DNA of 64,000 nucleotides from NCBI RefSeq assembly GCF_053078305.1, contig NZ_CP166879.1; one strand, 5' to 3'. Shown piece by piece: positions 61,143 to 64,000 of this stretch (position 1 is its first letter; each line of letters starts with the position of its first letter). The notes under the pieces were generated by a model. It saw only the letters and a program-made list of their open reading frames with translations, ran no database searches and was not told where the DNA came from. The position numbers and the translations under genes were made by a program.

Positions 61143-62409
61143 TGAGCGGTCCTGTTGCACTGTGTTTCATGTCATAGAAAGGAGAAAGCATCCACTGGTA
61201 AATACGCCTTTTTTCCAGAAATAGTGTACTTTCGGCTTTCATTCCATTTTCCAGAGGGAGGTATTTTTCGTCATATCTGATAATCTGCTTTTCAGGCATC
61301 GCAATGACTTTATACCAGGGAACAGAGTCGCCCGGCGTATTCTGTGGTGCTCCCTTATAGGTCAACATTTCCTGTGTTGACGCAGGAGTCCTGGATATAG
61401 TTTTAACCGTAGCAGAGAACTGCCCAAATTTTTCTGCCGGAAAGGCCTCATAACGAATATTCACTTTGTCACCAGCCGAAATATAAGGAACAGCATCATT
61501 CGGGACCCAGAGAATAAGATAATAGTTTTCAATGTTCTCAGGAATAACCTGCAGAAGGCTGTCTCCGGTATTGACCATTTGCCCGACAGTGACACTCAGG
61601 GAGTCAACTTTCCCGTCAGTCAACGCCCGGATAATGATTTCGCCCTCCACATCAGTGTTAACCAGTTCTTTCTGTAACTCGTACCGTTGCAGTTCCATCT
61701 GGTAGATACGGTTATCAAAATCTGCAGCCTGAGTCTGAATCTGACTCTCCAGAGTGGTTATCTGCAGGGCATTCTGTTCGTTCTGTCCGCTCAGGCTGAG
61801 AAGATTGTTTTGTTGCTGATAATATAATGCCACCTGGTTAGTTAACTGATCTTTATTAATCAGCCCTTTTGCCTGATAGTTTCTGTAATTCTCCATATTG
61901 TTTTTCATTATTTTTATCCCTTCCTCTGCACGCTGTATAATATCTGATGAGCGACGAAACGCATCTGTGTATTGCAGGCGTTGTTTTTCCAGGGTATCCA
62001 GCGTTATTTTTTTACTTTCTTCCAGACGGGAAATAATGTTGTCCACACGAACCAGCTGGTTTTCTATATCCCGACGATGATTATCAGTGACAATACCACT
62101 ACGTGTACTTTTACTGATGTCAATCAGATAAACAGGATCCCCTTTTTTTATCAACTGTCCTTCATGAACAAACTGCCTGACAACAAATCCCTGTACACCT
62201 GAATATATATTGACAGCTCTTGGCCAGGTTGTGACCTCACCACTGACATTAACACGGCGGCTATAGGTACCAACAATAATGAACATCAGAAATGCCGTAA
62301 TAAACACTATGCTTCCCAGCATGATTAACCATAGTGGTATTCCGGGAAGTAATATTGCCCGTCCCTGCCACTTCATTTTTCTGTTTTCTAAAGCATCCTG
62401 ACGAAACAA
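61135..62409 (-). CDS. Microcin export membrane fusion protein (CvaA/MchE-like, HlyD family)
   Basis: 424 aa; N-terminus [27 protein letters not shown] matches my recollection of CvaA; TTG start with AGGAG RBS; overlaps the exporter start by 8 nt. Confidence 0.9.
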
Positions 62410-62561
62410 AATAGCTCCTCTTACTCACACTTTTCCTGTAATACCTTCACTGGTTAAGCGAAATGCTATAATCAAAGCCAGAAAATACAGAGTCCTGTCA
62501 AAATAGTATCAGCGATGCATTTACCCCGTAATTTACAATTATCTCTGTATCTTCAGAGGTA

Positions 62562-63014
62562 CTACGTTTTATGCAGCCGCTCAGGGATGTATGTCACAAT
62601 TTTCTTTCGCCTGCTTAACCATCGTACTTCTCCTTCTCCCCATGGCTGAAGCTGTATGAGATAGTCAATAACTTTTCGACCAAAGCCTGGTTTACAACAG
62701 AAATCCAGAATCCAAATCCTTCCATCTTCATTCCATTCAGACGGATGCAACCTGAATTCTGGATCCCTGAGCAGGCGCGCTTCTGTATCAGCCTCAAGAT
62801 ATGCCCAGGTAATATACGCCAGTGGAAAACCTCGTGAATCAAACAGGAATTTAATCTGATTATGCTGTATCGCATATTCAGTCCAGTATTGAATGGTTAA
62901 CACCGGATACAGACTGTAATTACGATTGTAGAGCATACAACTGACCGCAAAACCGATCTGTTCATAAACAGTCCATTCATCTTTTCCTCTGATGGTTTCC
63001 CTTATATAAGACAT
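62562..63014 (-). CDS. HlyC-family toxin-activating acyltransferase homologue (MceI/MchD-like microcin maturation protein)
   Basis: 150 aa; pattern ...PLAYITWAYLEADTEARLL...SEWNEDGRIWILDFCCKPGFG... parallels HlyC (...PVAYCSWANLSLENEIKYL...DWTSGDRKWFIDWIAPFG...). Confidence 0.7.
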   Translation of the reverse strand: MSYIRETIRGKDEWTVYEQIGFAVSCMLYNRNYSLYPVLTIQYWTEYAIQHNQIKFLFDSRGFPLAYITWAYLEADTEARLLRDPEFRLHPSEWNEDGRIWILDFCCKPGFGRKVIDYLIQLQPWGEGEVRWLSRRKKIVTYIPERLHKT

Positions 63015-63039
63015 GATTACTATTTCCCTTATATATTTT

Positions 63040-64000
63040 TTACACTGTGTTTCTTATCGGTTCAAGATATCCAAATGCATCTCTGGAAAACTTAAGCATA
63101 AAATTTTTCATATCAGAAATTGCTTCTTGTAAAAAAAGGGGATCATCGCCATGATTATCCAGCAGGATGGCAATTTTTTCGCACATATTTTCTTTCCTCA
63201 GCTCTTCCCTGGGTTGCAGCCTTTTCATGGTATGATGTTCAATTTCTTTCAGGAGTAATGAGGCATTTATCTGACGTCTGGTACTGCCTTGCGTCAGCCA
63301 GTGGATGGCCTGGGAAAAACACTGTTGTGCAACGGTGAAATGAACATCATTCTTGATGCTACTATTCAGTGCCTGCTTTTGATTATGCCTATGATGGATT
63401 AGCGTCACAACCAACTTTTGCAATGGTGAACCATCCTGATTGACAATATCTTGGGCATGTGATTTCTCGCAGTATTGATTGAGTAATGCAACAAAACTGT
63501 TAACCAGTTCTTTCAATATATCAGGTATCTCTTTTTGTGTTATAAATTCTCCAGGAATACCCAACAGTTCTAGATAACAGTAATAACATGCTTCATGAAA
63601 AGTTTTCTGAAATATCTCCTCAACCTTCAAACGGGCTGCAAGAGTGAAGTCAGGGTCAAACATATATTTTCCGATATACAAGCAGAGATCAGACAGCCCT
63701 TGCATAAGTACCATCGGTTCTTTTGCCAGTTCAGCTAATCTTAGTTTATACCCAAAATCAGCTGGGGAATCTCCCGGAAACAGACAACTGAGTCCGTTAA
63801 AATCCATTAATCTGCCATCCATTGCAATATTAGAAGGAGAAGTTGTCAATCTCAGGAAACGTGTTCGACAAAATGCCATTTGCCAGGCCTCACGACGTGC
63901 CAGTTCACATAACCCCTCAATGCAATAAATCCGGGGATCAGTTCGTGCTTCAGCATCAATTTCTTCCGGTGGTACAGGTAGATATCCTGGCAGCTTGTGG
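63040..64000 (-). CDS. MceJ/MchC-like microcin maturation protein, C-terminal part; gene runs off the window end
   Basis: Frame stays open upstream of the ORF-track ATG (63879) to position 64000 with no stop; assignment rests on position next to the acyltransferase gene. Confidence 0.5.
   Translation of the reverse strand, partial: HKLPGYLPVPPEEIDAEARTDPRIYCIEGLCELARREAWQMAFCRTRFLRLTTSPSNIAMDGRLMDFNGLSCLFPGDSPADFGYKLRLAELAKEPMVLMQGLSDLCLYIGKYMFDPDFTLAARLKVEEIFQKTFHEACYYCYLELLGIPGEFITQKEIPDILKELVNSFVALLNQYCEKSHAQDIVNQDGSPLQKLVVTLIHHRHNQKQALNSSIKNDVHFTVAQQCFSQAIHWLTQGSTRRQINASLLLKEIEHHTMKRLQPREELRKENMCEKIAILLDNHGDDPLFLQEAISDMKNFMLKFSRDAFGYLEPIRNTV

Noticed and set aside
28627-61160. Upstream GTG or in-frame 5' extensions given by the ORF track for tssE (28630), clpV (47619), tssC (53579), tssB (54097), tssL (50727), tagL (50101) and the CvaB-like exporter (61160)
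   Set aside because: Internal ATG codons with better RBS spacing, or start-stop overlap with the upstream gene, give products matching the usual N-termini of these families; the extensions overlap upstream coding sequence

Overview
This 64 kb window reads as a mosaic accessory island of an Escherichia coli-like enterobacterium, with most genes on the minus strand. All calls are from reading the sequence and the ORF track; no database search was run, so family names rest on recognised motifs and remembered homologies. From left to right: (1) a type I secretion operon (TolC-like outer membrane factor, ABC transporter with a cysteine-less C39-like domain, and a membrane fusion protein truncated at the window start); (2) an IS3-family remnant; (3) a trimeric autotransporter adhesin co-transcribed with a BamE/OmpA-type lipoprotein; (4) an IreA-like TonB-dependent receptor with a Fur box; (5) a cluster of decayed IS110/IS3 transposase fragments; (6) a LacI-family regulator divergent from a three-gene ascorbate-family PTS permease; (7) an IS66-family element with a partial tandem duplicate; (8) a lone 893-aa helicase-nuclease fusion gene, a candidate phage-defence gene; (9) a complete type VI secretion system (tssA-M, hcp, clpV, vgrG, PAAR, a Tle1-type phospholipase effector with a lipoprotein immunity candidate) carrying several low-GC inserted genes of unknown function; (10) a class IIb siderophore-microcin locus with CvaAB-like export genes, an HlyC-family acyltransferase, a CPBP protease, and a microcin precursor gene with a double-glycine leader and serine-rich C-terminus that does not match the microcins I can recall. 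The most interesting candidates are the microcin precursor and its immunity gene, the helicase-nuclease gene, and the uncharacterised cargo-like genes inside the T6SS cluster. No rRNA, tRNA or CRISPR array was found.
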